Source of the DNA: the human T2T-CHM13v2.0 reference genome, Homo sapiens
Direction: 5' to 3' (one strand)
NCBI RefSeq assembly: GCF_009914755.1
Contig: NC_060931.1
Length of the DNA stretch: 64,000 nucleotides
The position numbers were made by a program, and so were the translations under genes. The notes beneath the pieces are model-generated. The model was not told the DNA's origin, did no database searches, and was given only the letters and a program-made list of their open reading frames with translations. Below, one piece after another: positions 11,085 to 29,400 of this stretch (position 1 is the stretch's first letter; each line of letters begins with the position of its first letter).

Positions 11085-12779
11085 ATCTGGCTTGCAGATA
11101 CAGAAATATAGTTCTGCATTTATCCATGTATAATTTTCTCCTGATTTTAAAAACATATAAATGTATTTTAAACCTCAGGAAGCATATTGTCAAGTATGAA
11201 CATAATTTATTAAAAATAAGTTCTAAACAAAAAATGGAAAACATTGCTATGATAATGATCCAATTAAAAAAATAGGTACTTTTCAAGATTTGTCAAAGGA
11301 AAATGCAATCATGTAAATACTAAAAGTAAATAATTTGGGGTTTTTAAAAAATGGGTTTTTTTTCAATAAACTTTTAACACAGACTATAAAATTATACTGC
11401 TACAAAGGAGGAGTAAGAATTATTTTACATACTATCTGTATCCCTAAACCAGGGTCAGCTTTCCAAACAGGTGAAATGAATGGCAGTGGGAGGCAGTTGG
11501 TGCACACTATCCCACCTACTTCTGACCCTCCACGTATTATCTGTGTTAAAAGTTCCTCCAACAGGAATCCATTCCTTAGGATTCAAATCCTCTATTAAAA
11601 TGCTAGTCCCCAGAATAAAAGCTAACTACTAGCAAAAACCTTGGCCTGGATTTATTCAAAACTAGGATAACACTTGACATTTGAGGAAGGATATGCATCA
11701 GAAGAAAGCTACCAGAAGCTAGCAGTGGGCCACTGAAATAGAAAATATAGTAATCATACTTCCCCTTATTTTCCATTTTTTAATGCACCACCCTCTATCA
11801 ATAGTAAGACAAGTCATGCCAGCCAGCTAGTGAAAGAGAAAATATATGGATATAGAGGTATTTTTATTAAATTAAAAAAAATTAATGTCTTGGCCAGAGA
11901 GGAGATTGACAAGGGATTCTTGATGAAATAATATGAAAGATAGATAGAATTTTAAAGAAATGAAAACAGATAGAGGCAGCCTATCATAAATCATTGATCA
12001 TATTTACACCTCATTTTTATAACATTTCCTGCAGCAAACATTGTTTACTCATGATAAAAAATAACCTGAAATTAATGCCAAATGCCCAATGAAAATATTG
12101 CAAAGCAAGGACATTACTTGTAAGATTATTTCTGCTTCTGCTCAGAAGCGTTTGAAAGCTTTATATCACTTGGTGGCGTATTTCATTCTAAGCAGCCTCA
12201 TCTACTTTCATCTCTGTGCTATGTATAGCATACTGAACTATCTTCATAAGATCAAAGGGAAACTCACTGTACTTTATTTACAGAGGCAAATTTAATGCGT
12301 AACCAGGGTACTTATTTTACTAAACTGACTAGTCCCTTTGAACTACTGTCTTCACTGATCCATAGACCATGCTCTAAATGTGCAGGCTTCCTTGACTCTG
12401 GAAAATGTTCTTAGCCTAATTGGGGTACTTCCTTTGAACTGCCTGCCGTGAGTTTTACTATGCTGTAAGTGCTCAACAGAGGTTGGTTCAGGAGGCATGA
12501 CTGCAAAGTCCTTTAGAAAACAAAAAAATAAAAAAATAAAAAATACAACCAATACAACAAAATTGAAAGTATCTTATCTCACTATCAATAGTGAATAAGA
12601 ATGACTCATTTCAAAGTACATAATTATAATATTAGTGGTTCTTACAATAACTGGTACACTTCTGTTTATCTGGCTATGAAATAAGCTATTATGCTCACTT
12701 CTGCATTGATTGAAGCAGGGAATGTACCTGCTTTGTGTGTTACATTAATACAAATATGAAAGAAAATATATGTGAAGTG

Positions 12780-13375
12780 ACATGATGCAATGGAAAGAAC
12801 ATAAATTTGGGGTCTTTGCATTCCAATATGGCATTAATGAGCAGTGTGATTTTGCCCAAGTTGTTAAATGTTTCTCTCAATCTGATATTCTTCACCTTCA
12901 AAGTAGGAAGCCACATTTTGTGATAGACATCGTGCTGCTCACCAGTATTTCTGGCTCTCATGCCTTGAGCCAAAACGAAGGAATGTTATTCTCTTCCCCA
13001 TTGAGTTTATGCATGATGCCATAACTTGTTTTGGGCAATGAGGTATAAGTGGAAGTAATATGTCATTTCTGGAAAGAGGCATTAATTGGCATTGTGAAAC
13101 TTTACAGAAATGTCTCTTTTCTCGAACAATTTTGGAAGCATGTGTTGATATCATATAGACCTGCAAGGCTGTGCCACCAGTGAAGGACAAGTGCCTATGA
13201 GAATCACCTGTATCTGTAAATCTTCTATTTTAAGCTACTGAGATTGGCTTCTACAGGATAACCTACCTTATCCTGACTGAGCATCGCTGTAGGATTAATG
13301 CAAGTTTTAAGTGAAATAAGGTACATAAAGCACATAGCTGACTGCTTGGTAATGCTGATTAATAGGTGTTGGTTC
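12780..13375 (+). mobile_element. Old MIR fragments with a possible intervening MaLR fragment
   Basis: MIR-like gcagtgtgattttgcccaagttgttaaatgtttctc (about 12840) and gtaggattaa...ataaagcacatagc (about 13290-13340). Heavily diverged. Confidence 0.4.
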
Positions 13376-13711
13376 TTTTTCTTCTTTTTCTTTAAGATCT
13401 TGTGCATTAAAAGAAAAAAGTGAATCTGCTTACAATAATATAAACTTCATAAGGTTTTCCCCTCACTCACTCCATTCTTTCCTATGACCTTGGTACCTCT
13501 CCTTCATTTTCCCCTGGCTCACAAAAACCAGCTATTATAGCCAGAGGTAAATATAAAATAAAATAAAATAAAACTTTATAAACATTTCCTCACTCCTCTT
13601 AGTGGCAGTCTCAAGAACTTGCAGATGGTTAAAATCACCTGGAATTGCATTTTTGGCCCCCAAAGCTGCAAGGGTAGCCCTCTCTGGATTATCTTCCTTC
13701 AATGCCATGAC

Positions 13712-13891
13712 TTGTTGAGGGACTGTAATCCTGTGGTACAGGTACTGGGAATTGGTTAAGAGTATGGGCATTGCAGTTGAACTCCTTGGACACTCGTCTC
13801 TGCTTACTTCATTATGAGTTAGGGATGTTGATAAGTTAGTTTCTCTAAACTCAGCTTCACCATTCTTAGATGCAGTGCCTATTTCATAGAA
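13712..13891 (+). repeat. Left arm of a ~180-bp inverted duplication (partner 20569-20744)
   Basis: Aligns to the reverse complement of 20569-20744 with a 72-bp perfect core (13721-13792) and about 11 substitutions plus 2 small indels overall. Confidence 0.93.
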
Positions 13892-15084
13892 ATAGGCCAC
13901 TTCCCAAGAACCAGAGCAGTTCTGAAGAGTATTTTCTGAAGAGTGTTTTCCATTATGTTTACCTCAGGGTCACAATTTCCCTTGGTGTAATTAGTCTGAG
14001 AATTAGCTATATATCTGTTAAACTTATTTTGGTCTTAAATAACTTTTCTTAAATTTATTTGCAGGACACAGGAAATGAAAGCATAGGTGGTCCGTTCCAA
14101 GATGGCCAGATAGGAACAGCTCCGGTCTCCAGCTCCCAGCATGATTGACACGGAAGACAGGTGATTTCTGCATTTCCAGCTGAGGTACATGGTTCATCTC
14201 ATTGGGACCGGTTGGACAGTGGGTGCAGCCCATGGAGGGCAAGCCAAAGCGGGGGGGGCATCACCGCACCTGGGAAGTGCAAGGGGTCGGGGATTTCCCT
14301 TTCCTAGCCAAGGGAAGCTGTGACATACCGTACCTGGAAAAATGGGACATTCCCACCTAAATACTGCTTTTCCAATGGTTTAAGCAAATGGCACACCAGG
14401 AGATTATATCCCATGTCTGAGTCGGAGGGTCCTATGCTGGCAGAGCCTTGCTCACTGCTAGCACAGCAGTCTGAGATCAACCTGTGAGGCAGCAGCCTGG
14501 CAGGGGGAGGGGCGTCCGCCATTGCTGAGGCTTGAGTAGGTAAACAAAGCAGCCAGGGAAGCCCAAACTGGGTGGAGGACACCACAGCTCAGCAAGGCCT
14601 GCTACCTCTGTTGATTCCACCTCTGAGGGCAGGGCATAGCTGAACAAAAGGCAGCAGAAACTTTTGCAGAATTAAACGTCCCTGTCTGACAGCTCTGAAG
14701 AGAGCAGTGGTTCTCCCAGCATGGCATTTGAGCTCTGAGAATGGGCAGACTGCCTCCTCCTGACCCCGTGTAGCCTAACTGGGAGACCCCTCCCAGTAGG
14801 GGCTGACTGACACCTCATACAGGCAGGTATCCCTCTGAAACGAAGCTTCCAGAGGAAGGATCAGGCAGCAATATTTGCTGTTCTGCAATATTTGCTGTTC
14901 TGCAGCCTCCGCTGGTGATACCCAGGCAAACAGGGTCTGGAGTGGACCTCCAGCAAACTCCAACAGACCTGCAGCTGAGGGACCTGAAAGGAATACCATC
15001 AACATCAACAAAAAGGACATCAACACCAAAACCCCATCTGTAGGTCACCGACATCAAAGACCAAAGGTAGATAAAACCACAAAG

Positions 15085-16103
15085 ACAAGGAGAAACAAGA
15101 GCAGAAAAGCTGAAAATTCTAAAAACCAGAGTGCCTCTTATCTTCCAAAGGACTGCAGCTCTTCGTCAGCGATGAAACAAAGCTGGATGGAGAATGACTT
15201 TGACGAGTTGACAGAAGGAGCCTTCAGAAGGTCGGTAATAACAAACTTCTCTGAGCTAAAGGAGGATGTTCAAACCCATCACAAGGAAGCTAAAAACCTT
15301 GAAAAAAGATTAGATAAATGGCTAACTAGAATAAACAGTGTAGAGAAGACCTTAAATGACCTGATGGAGAATGGCATGGGAAATACGTGACGCATGCACA
15401 AACTTCAGCAGCCGATTCGTTCAAGCGGAAGAAAGGGTATCAGTGATTGAAGATCAAATGAATGAAATAAATTGAGAAGAAAAGTTTAGAGAAAAAAGAG
15501 TAAAAAGAAACAAACAAAGCCTCCAAGAAATATGGGACTATGCAAAAAGACCAAATCTACTTTTGATTGGTGTATCTGAAAGTGACGGGGAGAATGGAAC
15601 CAAGTTGGAAAACACTCTTCAGGATATTACCCAGGAGAACTTCCCCAACCTAGCAAGGCAGTCCAACATTCAAATTCAGGAAATACAGAGAACACCACAA
15701 AGATACTCCTCGAGAAGAGTAACCCCAAGACACATAATTGTCAGATTCAACAAGGTTGAAATGAAGGAAAAAATGTTAAGGGCGGCCAGAGAAAAGGTCA
15801 AGTTACCCACAAAGGGAAGCCCATCAGACTAACAGCAGATCTTTTGCAGAATCTCTACAAGCCAGAAGAGAGTGGGGGCCAATATTCAACATTCTTAAAG
15901 AAAAGAATTTTCAACCCAGAATTTCATATCCAACCAAACTAAGCTTCCTAAGTGAAGGAGAAATGAAATCCTTTACAGACAAGCAAATGCTGAGAGATTT
16001 TCTCACCACCAATAGGCCTGCCTTACAAGAGCTCCTGAAGGAAGCACTAAACATGGAAAGGAAAAACCGGTACCAGCCACTGCAAAAACATGCCAAATTG
16101 TAA
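15085..16103 (+). pseudogene. L1 ORF1p, disrupted
   Basis: The start-codon position reads ACA. Peptides QSWMENDFDEL and ENGTKLENTLQDITQENFPNLARQ are present, with frameshifts and stops. The usual stop context catgccaaattgtaa ends at 16103. Confidence 0.88.
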
Positions 16104-16166
16104 AGACCATCGATGCTAGGAAGAAACTGCATCAACTAATGGGCAAAATAACCAGCTAACATCATA

Positions 16167-19985
<3,819 letters not shown>

Positions 19986-20206
19986 ACAATGAGAACACCT
20001 GGACACAGGTCGGGGAACATCATACACTGGGGCCTGTCTTGGGGTGGGTGGCTGGAGGAGGGATAGCATCAGGAGAAATATCTAATGTTAAGTGACGAGT
20101 TGACAGGTGCAGCAAACCAACATGGCACATCTATAGCTATGTAACAAACCTGCACGTTGTGCACATGTACCCTAGAACTTAAAGTATAATTTAAAAAAAT
20201 AAAAAA

Positions 20207-20401
20207 GAAGCTGAAAAATTAAGACTCAGGAAAGGAAAAAGAATTGTGCCAGATCCCAGTGTTGGCAGCAGAACTACAACTAGAATTTAAGTTGTCTGAC
20301 TTCTGATATAGCATACTACATTCGCACCATGTAGAGCTACCCATGTGCAGTGCAAAACCTGAGCATATTTTAGCAATAACATTTAAATGAAAAAAAAAAG
20401 A
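20207..20401 (+). other. 3' transduced flank of the L1 with a second poly(A)
   Basis: About 185 bp of non-L1, partly MIR-like sequence between the L1 tail and an A10 run (20390-20399) that directly precedes the 3' TSD copy. Confidence 0.8.
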
Positions 20402-20479
20402 AAATGAAAGCATATAGAAATAGTACAAATTTTCCAGTTCAGTGAATGCAAGAAATGGTCCTGAACATACATAATAGCA

Positions 20480-20744
20480 TTAAGAGCTAACATATATAGA
20501 TCGCTGACTGTGTGCCAGGCACTGTGCTAAGCACTTTCCAAGCACCCTTTATGTAATCTTCTTCACAATTCTATGAAATACGTACTGTATCTAAGAATGA
20601 TGAAGTTGAGTTTGAGAAACAAACTCAACATCCCTAGCTCATAATGAAGTAAGCAGAGATGACTGTCCAAGGAGTTCAACTGCAATGCCCATACTCTTAA
20701 CCAATTCCCAGTACCTGTACCACAGGATTACAGTCTCTCATCAA
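20480..20744 (-). mobile_element. MIR remnant containing the right arm of the inverted duplication (20569-20744)
   Basis: agctaacatatatag...ctgtgtgccaggcactgtgctaagcacttt...cttcacaattctatgaaat is typical antisense MIR. Confidence 0.7.
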
Positions 20745-23700
20745 ACCATCCTATAAATTATCAAGTTATATGGGTTACCGATTTATATAAGCAGATCATT
20801 CTAAATTGATTTCTTATATACTAAGCTGCATTCTTCAATTCCCGCTGATTAAAGTGACCACATTTCTCCCTATAAATGGAAAGCCCACATTTACATACAG
20901 GAAAAAGAATATTTGTACCTGTAAATTTAAAGGAAAGCAGAGGGATTACCTGAAAATCAAAAGATATAAAAGGGAATACCTTTATTTTCTCTTTGTCAGC
21001 TGGGACTCAAGTAGCAATTATTTGTTTACTATCTTCTTGGGTTATTTACAGAAAATATTTACATGGAGGTATTTCTGAAACATATTTATTGAATTATTGA
21101 ATATGGCTGTATAGAATACAGACACCATACCAGGAATTTTATGAAATGCAAAGGTCTGATCTTTGCCTTGCCAAACCCAGCTTCAGAAGACAAATGGTTG
21201 AAATGTATGCCAGACTTGATTGTTGTTGTGGAGCTATGGTCACCTGATGTGATGGGAAAGGGAATAATGCTGCTTCAGTTTTCCTGGTAGAATGCTTCAA
21301 TTTCACTCGACATTCAAGTTAATTAAAAGTGTTATGAAAAATTATCTCTAGTGCCTCATGTTCTCATTCCTCTCATAAGAGAAAAGGAAAGAGAAGACAT
21401 TCATTACTCTAACTATAAATGTACCCTATTTTTTGTGTAAGGAGGGTGCTTAGGGTACTTCAGAAATTCTGAGACAGAAAGGAAATATTATGTAAAATGA
21501 ACTGAGAGAGCAGAATAGAATAAAAAAGCAAATGAATAGTTATAAATAGAGTTTTCCATATTAGGAAAAAATATTTTAAAATGCCAAATAGCTTCATCGT
21601 TTTCTCCCATCCTCTTTATTTCTACCACCATTTGCACATATATGTTTCTGGTATTTCTACGTATATGTATGAAGAATAAGGGCTATTCAATTTGTAAATA
21701 TCGGCATTCATGGAAATTTACTAGATTGGAATTTCTTGATCATTTGTCATCTACTGAAGTCTCCCTTCTAAAACACTCTCAGTTCTACAGAGACAAGCAG
21801 TTTTATATGGGGGAAATATCTGAGGCTAAACTGGGCCACATAGTTTCATATAACATGAATAAATAAATGTTCATATACATATAAGTATATGCACAGAATC
21901 AAAAAGAATTTGAGAAGACATCTGCTTCATAGCATACCTCTAGGTAGGGAAGTCTTGAAATTATCAAAGGCAGACAATTACCTAAGGAGTTTTGCTTGAC
22001 TGACCAAAAATTTGCTGCAGGGAGAACAGCTAGATATAGAGTGACAAGTAAACTGAGATTTCCTCAGACAACAACTTTAAAACTTAACTTCATTCAAGTT
22101 TTATAAATTATCACACTATCACCTGCTGGTTTTAACAACTGAAAAAGGCAAAAACTTATATGAGGATTTTGAAAAAAAGATATACTAGCTCTCATTTTAA
22201 ATACCCTTCCCCCAACCCAACAGAAATAACCTGCATTTCCATGTAGTTGTACCAACAAATGCATACACACATATTCTCTCTCGTTTTTCCCCCACTCCCC
22301 CCAACACACAGTTTTTGTTTGTTTACTATTTTGCAAAAGTTAAGTAATATAAATATGCAATTTGTTTTTTTTCTTTAATAATACATCACATGCATCCTTC
22401 TGGGTCAATAGATATAAACAGAATTCACACTTTTGACTAACTGTGTTATGTGGATTAATTAAAATGTGTTTACCCATTCCTCTATTAATGACATTCAAAT
22501 TTTTAATAGTTTTTGACCATTAAAAAGTTTCAATAAATATTCTCATGTGCAAATATTTATGAACTATTTTATGTTTACTTATTTCTATGCAATAAATCCT
22601 TTGAAATAATATCAGCCTAATAACTATCTTGTATAATAAAAATTCCTAATATTCATTTCAGCTCCTTGGAACCCACAGCTCTAAGTCAATTCACCTATAG
22701 CTAGTTGGCCTATCAGTATTTCCCTTAATGATCAATTGGTCTAAAACAAGGTCAGATTAAGTACATGGTATACCATGTAAGTTCATTATTTGATTTCTCC
22801 TCTTTAAATATTTGTTCAATATTAATGTAGTGGAAAGTTTATTTTCTACTAATGATAACTAAATACCAACTTTATGTTCAAAACACGTATTACATGTCCT
22901 AAATATCACAAAGCATCTTAGTTTTTTGTAACTCTTTTTCATTTATAAATTATTTTGTCCATCATTCTTTTAATTTTATTTTCCTTTCATTGTGAAAGAA
23001 TAGTCCCCAAATTATCAACTCATCAGGAGGTGTTTTAAAGGTATTTAAATTAAGATAATAAAATAAATCACTTGTTTCCAGACATATTGTACGTCTGCAG
23101 AAATAGGAGACAGAGAATTAAAATGGAAGGAAGACATAAAAATAACAAGTAAGTTCAAAAATCTGTGACTTATTAATGTTGGAAATAAAGTGGAGTAAAA
23201 TATAACAGAGTACACTGTTTAGTTCTTGGGTTCTTGCTGTTTGTACACATATATACACATATTGGCATATGATTTAGAAAAAAAATTATTGAAATCATCA
23301 TGCACAAGGCACTACGCTAGATGACATGGAGTACCATATAACTTAGAAGACATAGTCCCAACCCCATATTTGTGTTATACACATATAGGTAAACCTCTGC
23401 CTCCCATGGTGATGATTTATTTTAGTGTCAGTCAGCTGCTCTTCAAAAAAGAACACATTATACATCTTCCATTTTATGCTTCTCTGATCACTTTGCCATT
23501 AACATTCTGTTTTTTGCTACCTAAAAGTCTTCTGATTTCTATCATAGAGTTTGTCTTTTAATGAGCAAGCATGGACATATTTTAATACTTTATATATACA
23601 GGCTATATTATGTAATATGAGGACAACTGTGTTTCAAGTGGATGTAAATCATAATTTTGGCCTAAGCCACAGAGGTAAATAATTTCTAGGTGACAAAGAT

Positions 23701-25171
23701 ATTAGACAGGAAATGGCCACCTATTCCTTCACTATAGAATATATTACTTTGTTAGGAGCATATCTCCAAAAGACCTTTGCTATAATGCTTCCACTGGAGT
23801 GAATTGTTATAGCATTCCCATTCCAATGAATTCATCCTCATTCTAAATGCTTTGAAGTTTCTGAATACAGTAAGAAAAAATGAAACTATATTTCACTTCT
23901 GCTGTGGCTGCAAAAACCCAGTATAGGCAACTCCTCCTGATGACAACTTAAAACGCTGGACAAAATACTACCTGAGGACTCTGCAAAGCAAGACAGATTG
24001 TGGAGGTGAGCCAGAAATTGCTAAAGCAATCCAAATTGGGTGGGTGGTGAGTCCTTCACCTTTGTTTCTTTTCTCTTGATAGAGAAACAGTAATCAATTA
24101 ATTTCTCTTCAGAAACCATGGAAGCTGGGAAACAGTAGAAGAAGGTCTTGAAGATGCTGAAAGAAAAAAGCTGTCAGCAAAAAATTCTTTATCCAAGGAA
24201 AATATCCATCAGGAGGGAAAATATAGAAATTTTCATATGAAAGAAAATTGATAATTTTATTTAGCAGACTTGTTCTAAAGGAATACCAGATGAAATTCTT
24301 CCAGCTGAAGAGAAATGATACCAGAAGAAACTTGGATATTGAGGAATGAAGGAAGAGTAAGAAAAATGGTAAATATGTGGTTAAATAGAAAAAAACAGTA
24401 TTTTTTTTCACTTAACTTCTTTAAAATATAGTAAATATTGAAAGCAAAAATTATAACATTCTTTGATGGAGTTTTCTGTGTATGTAGGCATAATATATAT
24501 GACAGTTACAGCATAAAGGTCTTGGAGTGAAATAAAAAGATTGATACAGTAGCAAAGCTTTTACATTTTACTTAAAATAGTGCAATGTTGACTCTAATTA
24601 TATTATAAAATGGAAGTATCTATAGTATAATACCTAAAGGAACCAGTAAAAAATAATGCAAATATACCTAAAAATCTAATGTATAAATTAAAATGAAATA
24701 CCAAACAATAGTAAAATAATCCAACAGAAGGCAAGAAAATAGAAAGAGGCTCTAAAATAGAGGACAAGCAAAACAAATAATAAAGTGGTAGATTTCAACT
24801 ATTTCAGTTAATGCATTAAATATAATGGTATATATACAAAAAATCAGAGACTGGATTAAACAAAAACAACATACATCCATATGCTATTAAAAAACCCTCC
24901 TTAAGTATACAAATATAACTAGGATCAATGGTTATATTACTTTAACACAAAGTAGACTTTTGACAAATAATTTTACCAGAGATAAATAGCAACATTACCT
25001 CCTGATAATGGGGTCATACCTATACACTGATGTGTATGTTAAGTACTTAAATGTGTATGCACTTAACATCAGAGTTTCAGGTTACATGAAGCTCATATTT
25101 TACAGATAAAACATTTCCCAAAAGATTGAATCTTCTGGGTGAAAAAATAACAGATTTAAAAAAGCAAAATC

Positions 25172-25297
25172 AGCTGGGCACAGTGGCTCACACCTGTAAT
25201 CCCAGCACTTTGGGAGGCCCAGGCGGGTGGATCACGAGGTCAGGAGTTCAAGACCATCCTGGCTAACACGGTGAAACACCGTCTCTACTAAAAATAC

Positions 25298-25328
<31 letters not shown>

Positions 25329-25499
25329 AGCCGGGCATGGTGGTGGGCGCCTGTAAGTCCCAGCTACTTAGGAGGCTAAGGCAGGAGAATGGCGTGAACC
25401 CGGGAGGCGGAGCTTGCAGTGAGCCCGGATCGTGACACTACACTTCAGCCCAGGAGACAGTGAGACTCCATCTCAAAAACAAAACAAAACAAAAAAAAA
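25172..25499 (+). mobile_element. AluY-like element with the central A-tract expanded to A29
   Basis: gaccatcctggctaacacggtgaaa and ggcgtgaacccgggaggcggagcttgcag diagnostics. A-run at 25298-25326. Approximate TSD aagcaaa(a)tc. Confidence 0.92.
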
Positions 25500-25957
25500 G
25501 AAGCAAATCATACAATTCTTACTGTAACAATTAAACTAGAAATAAGTAACAGAAATAATTAAACTGGAAAACAAATATGTGGAAATTAAACAACACACCT
25601 TTAAATAACCAATACATCAAAGAAGTCACAAGGGAAATTAAAAAAATACTGTAAATTGATTGAACATAAAAATATAACATATCAAAATTTGCGGGATGCT
25701 GTTACAGCTGTGCTTAAAGGGAAATTTACAGCATTAATCCATACATTATGAAAGAAGAAAAGTCGCAAATTTAGGATCTAAGCAAAAACCTCAGAAAACT
25801 CTTAAAATTAGAACAAGTTTAAACCAAAGTATGTGGAAAAAGAATACAAAAAATAGAGTGGAAATACATAAACAGAAAAATAATTGAATAAAATCAATGT
25901 AACCAACAAAGTTTTTGTGAAGATCAATATGATTTATAACCTCTGGTAGGACTGACC

Positions 25958-25992
25958 AACACACACACACATACACACACACACACACACAC
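25958..25992 (+). repeat. (CA)n microsatellite
   Basis: Imperfect CA run with one TA interruption. Confidence 0.9.
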
Positions 25993-26073
25993 AATTTATC
26001 AATATCAAGAACAATAAAAGAAGAATCATTACAGATTTTACAGACACAAAACGTATTATAAAGAAGCATTATG

Positions 26074-26445
<372 letters not shown>

Positions 26446-29400
26446 TCACTCAAGAAGAAATAGATAACCTGAATAGTCCTACATATATGGAAGAAATTGA
26501 ATTTTTAGTTTAAAACCTTCCAGTAAAGAAAACTGTAAGCTCAGATGGCATCACTGCTGAATTCTACAAAACATTTAAGGAAAAAAAACCACACACACCA
26601 AATCTACGCAAGCTCTCTCAGAAAATAGGAGAACAATTTTCCAACTTATTTTATGAGGTTAACATTATTACACTAAGTCTAGCTAAAGATATCATGACAA
26701 AGAAAACATCAAATCAATATTCCTCATGAATATATATTCAAAACTCATAATTTGTATTCAACAATAGAAATAAGTGATAATACTTAATAACCAAGTTGGG
26801 TTTACCTAAGAAGCAAGGCTGGTTCAAAATTTGAAAATCAAACAGTGGAATACATATTATCAATAAATAGACTGAAGAAGAAAAACTATATGTTAATCAT
26901 ATTCAATGCAGAAAAAATATTTGATAAAAATTCCACATTAATAAGAATTCTAAAAAAACTAAAAATACAGAAAACCTCATTAAGCTTACCAAAGGCACCT
27001 ACAAAAAAGCTTCAGTTAATATAATTCTTAATGGTGAAAAATTAAATGCTGTCCTCTAATATTAGGAGCAAGGCAAGAATAATCTTACTCCTATTAAATA
27101 TTGTATTGGAGGTCCTATTCATTTCAATGAGAAAAAAGATTAAGGTAATTTGAAAAGGAGGAAATAAAACTGTCTTTATTTGCCTGATTTATAGGACTGT
27201 CTATGTAGAAAATCCCCAAAAAATCTACCACAAGAAAAAATAATTCTCCTATAACTAATAAGTGAGTTTAGCAAGAATATAGGATACAAAGTAAATTGTA
27301 TGTCTATATACAATCAACAAACAATTGGAAATTGAATTTTTTAAAAAATTAAAAGTACCTTTACAATAGTGTCACAGAACATAATGCACTTTCTAACAAA
27401 AGGTGTTCAAGATCCATTAGACAAAAATAGTAAAATGATGATGACAGAAATCAAAGACCCTAATAAATGGAGAGATATACCATGTTCATGGTTTAGAAGA
27501 CTCAGTATTTTCAAGATGCCAATTTTCTCTTGTACTGCTTTATAGCTTCAATGCAGTTCTAATTAAAATCCCAGCAGATTTATATTTGTAGAAACTGATA
27601 AGCTGATTTTACAACTTACATGGAAAGACAAAGGAACCAGAATCACCAAAGAGTTTTGGAAAAACAAACAGCTGGAAGACACTAATTGCCTGAATTTAAG
27701 TAATCAAAACAGTGAGATATTGGTGAACGGATAGACATATATGTTAATGGAATAAAATTGAGAGCCCAAAAATAGATCTACAAAAGTGACAAATAAATTG
27801 ATGGAGAAAAGGTAGTCGTTCAACAAACAGAGCTGGAACAACTTGACATCAATATGTAAGAAAATGAAACTTGGCTCATTCCTCATGTCTTATAAAAAAG
27901 TTATGACAGCCAATCGAAAAACTTGAAAGGTAAAACCTACAAGAAAACATAGAAGAAAACCTTTGTGATCTTGGATAAGGTAAAGATTTCTTAGATATGA
28001 CATCAAAGCACTATACATAAAGACAAAAATGTTGAATTTAAATTTATGCAATTTAAAACTACCTGCTCTATGAAAGAGAACTCAAAAGACTGACAAAAGC
28101 TGCAAAGTGGGAGAAAATATTTGCAAAACACATATATAACAAATAACTTCTATCAAAAATATACTAAAAACTTACAAGTCTCAATAATAAAAAGTAATCT
28201 ATTTTTTCAGTGCCAAAGATTTGACATACACTTCATTGAAAAGATATGGAGATGACAAATAAGCTCATGGAATGGTTGTCAACATCATTGTCATTAGGAA
28301 AATGCCAATTAAATTCACGATGAGATACTGTCCACTTCTTAGCATGGCTAAAAATTTAAAATAACAGTATCAGGTGTTGGCCAGAATGGAAGCAACTGGA
28401 ACTCTCATGTATTGCTGGAGAGAACACAAAATGATACAACCATTTTGGAAAACATGTTGACAGATTTTTATGTACTTAATCATACAGTTAACATATAATC
28501 AAACAGTTCCAGTCCCAGCAATCCTGCCCCTGCAAAATGAATACTCTACCAAATATTTCTAGAAGTTTTATGTATAATTGCCAAAAGTTGGAAAAAACCT
28601 ATATGACCTTCAGCTGATGAATGGGTTAATAAACTGTGGTACATCCATCAGTAGAATATTTCTCAGCTATTAAAATAAATACACTCCTGATATACACAAA
28701 AACACTAATGAATCTCAAATTCATTTTGCTAAGTAAAAATAATTTGACTCAAAAAGTTGTATCATGTCTGATTCCATTTTTATGATATCCTGAAAATGTC
28801 ATAAAACTGAAGAGAAAACAAATCAGTCATAGGTTGGGTATGCCAGGGGCTGTGTATGGAGAGGGCAGATGATGACAAAAGGGGCATAAGCAAGTTTTGA
28901 GAAATGATGGGCCAGTTGATTGTGGTGTATTTTTTGAAACACAAAAGCAATGATTTGCACTGTATGTAAGTTATAAGGCAATAAAAAGTAAACATTACCA
29001 AGAAAAAGAAAAATGTTTTCTAGTAACTACAAAACATATTGCAGTTGAATCAAATGTATTAACTCTATAAAAACCTGATGCATTAATTTTTATGGATTTC
29101 CCTAAGGTACAAGATGTAACTATAGTTTGGGGCAGAATATTTTCTGGCATTTCATCCACAAATGTCTACATAAACATGATATAAGGCCCATATGTCTGCC
29201 TCTTAAAAATGTATGCTTTGTGTGACGTAAGCAGAAAGTTGAATGGATAGGTTGGCAGCTGTTAGCATTTGTTCAGTTTTCATTATCTGATGTACATGGG
29301 AAATAAATCTTTTGCCAGAAGTAGCAAAATGGTTCAAGTTTTGCTAATTCATTTAAATAATATTTTTTGAACTGGAAAGAGCAAGCAGAGTTTTCTCATC

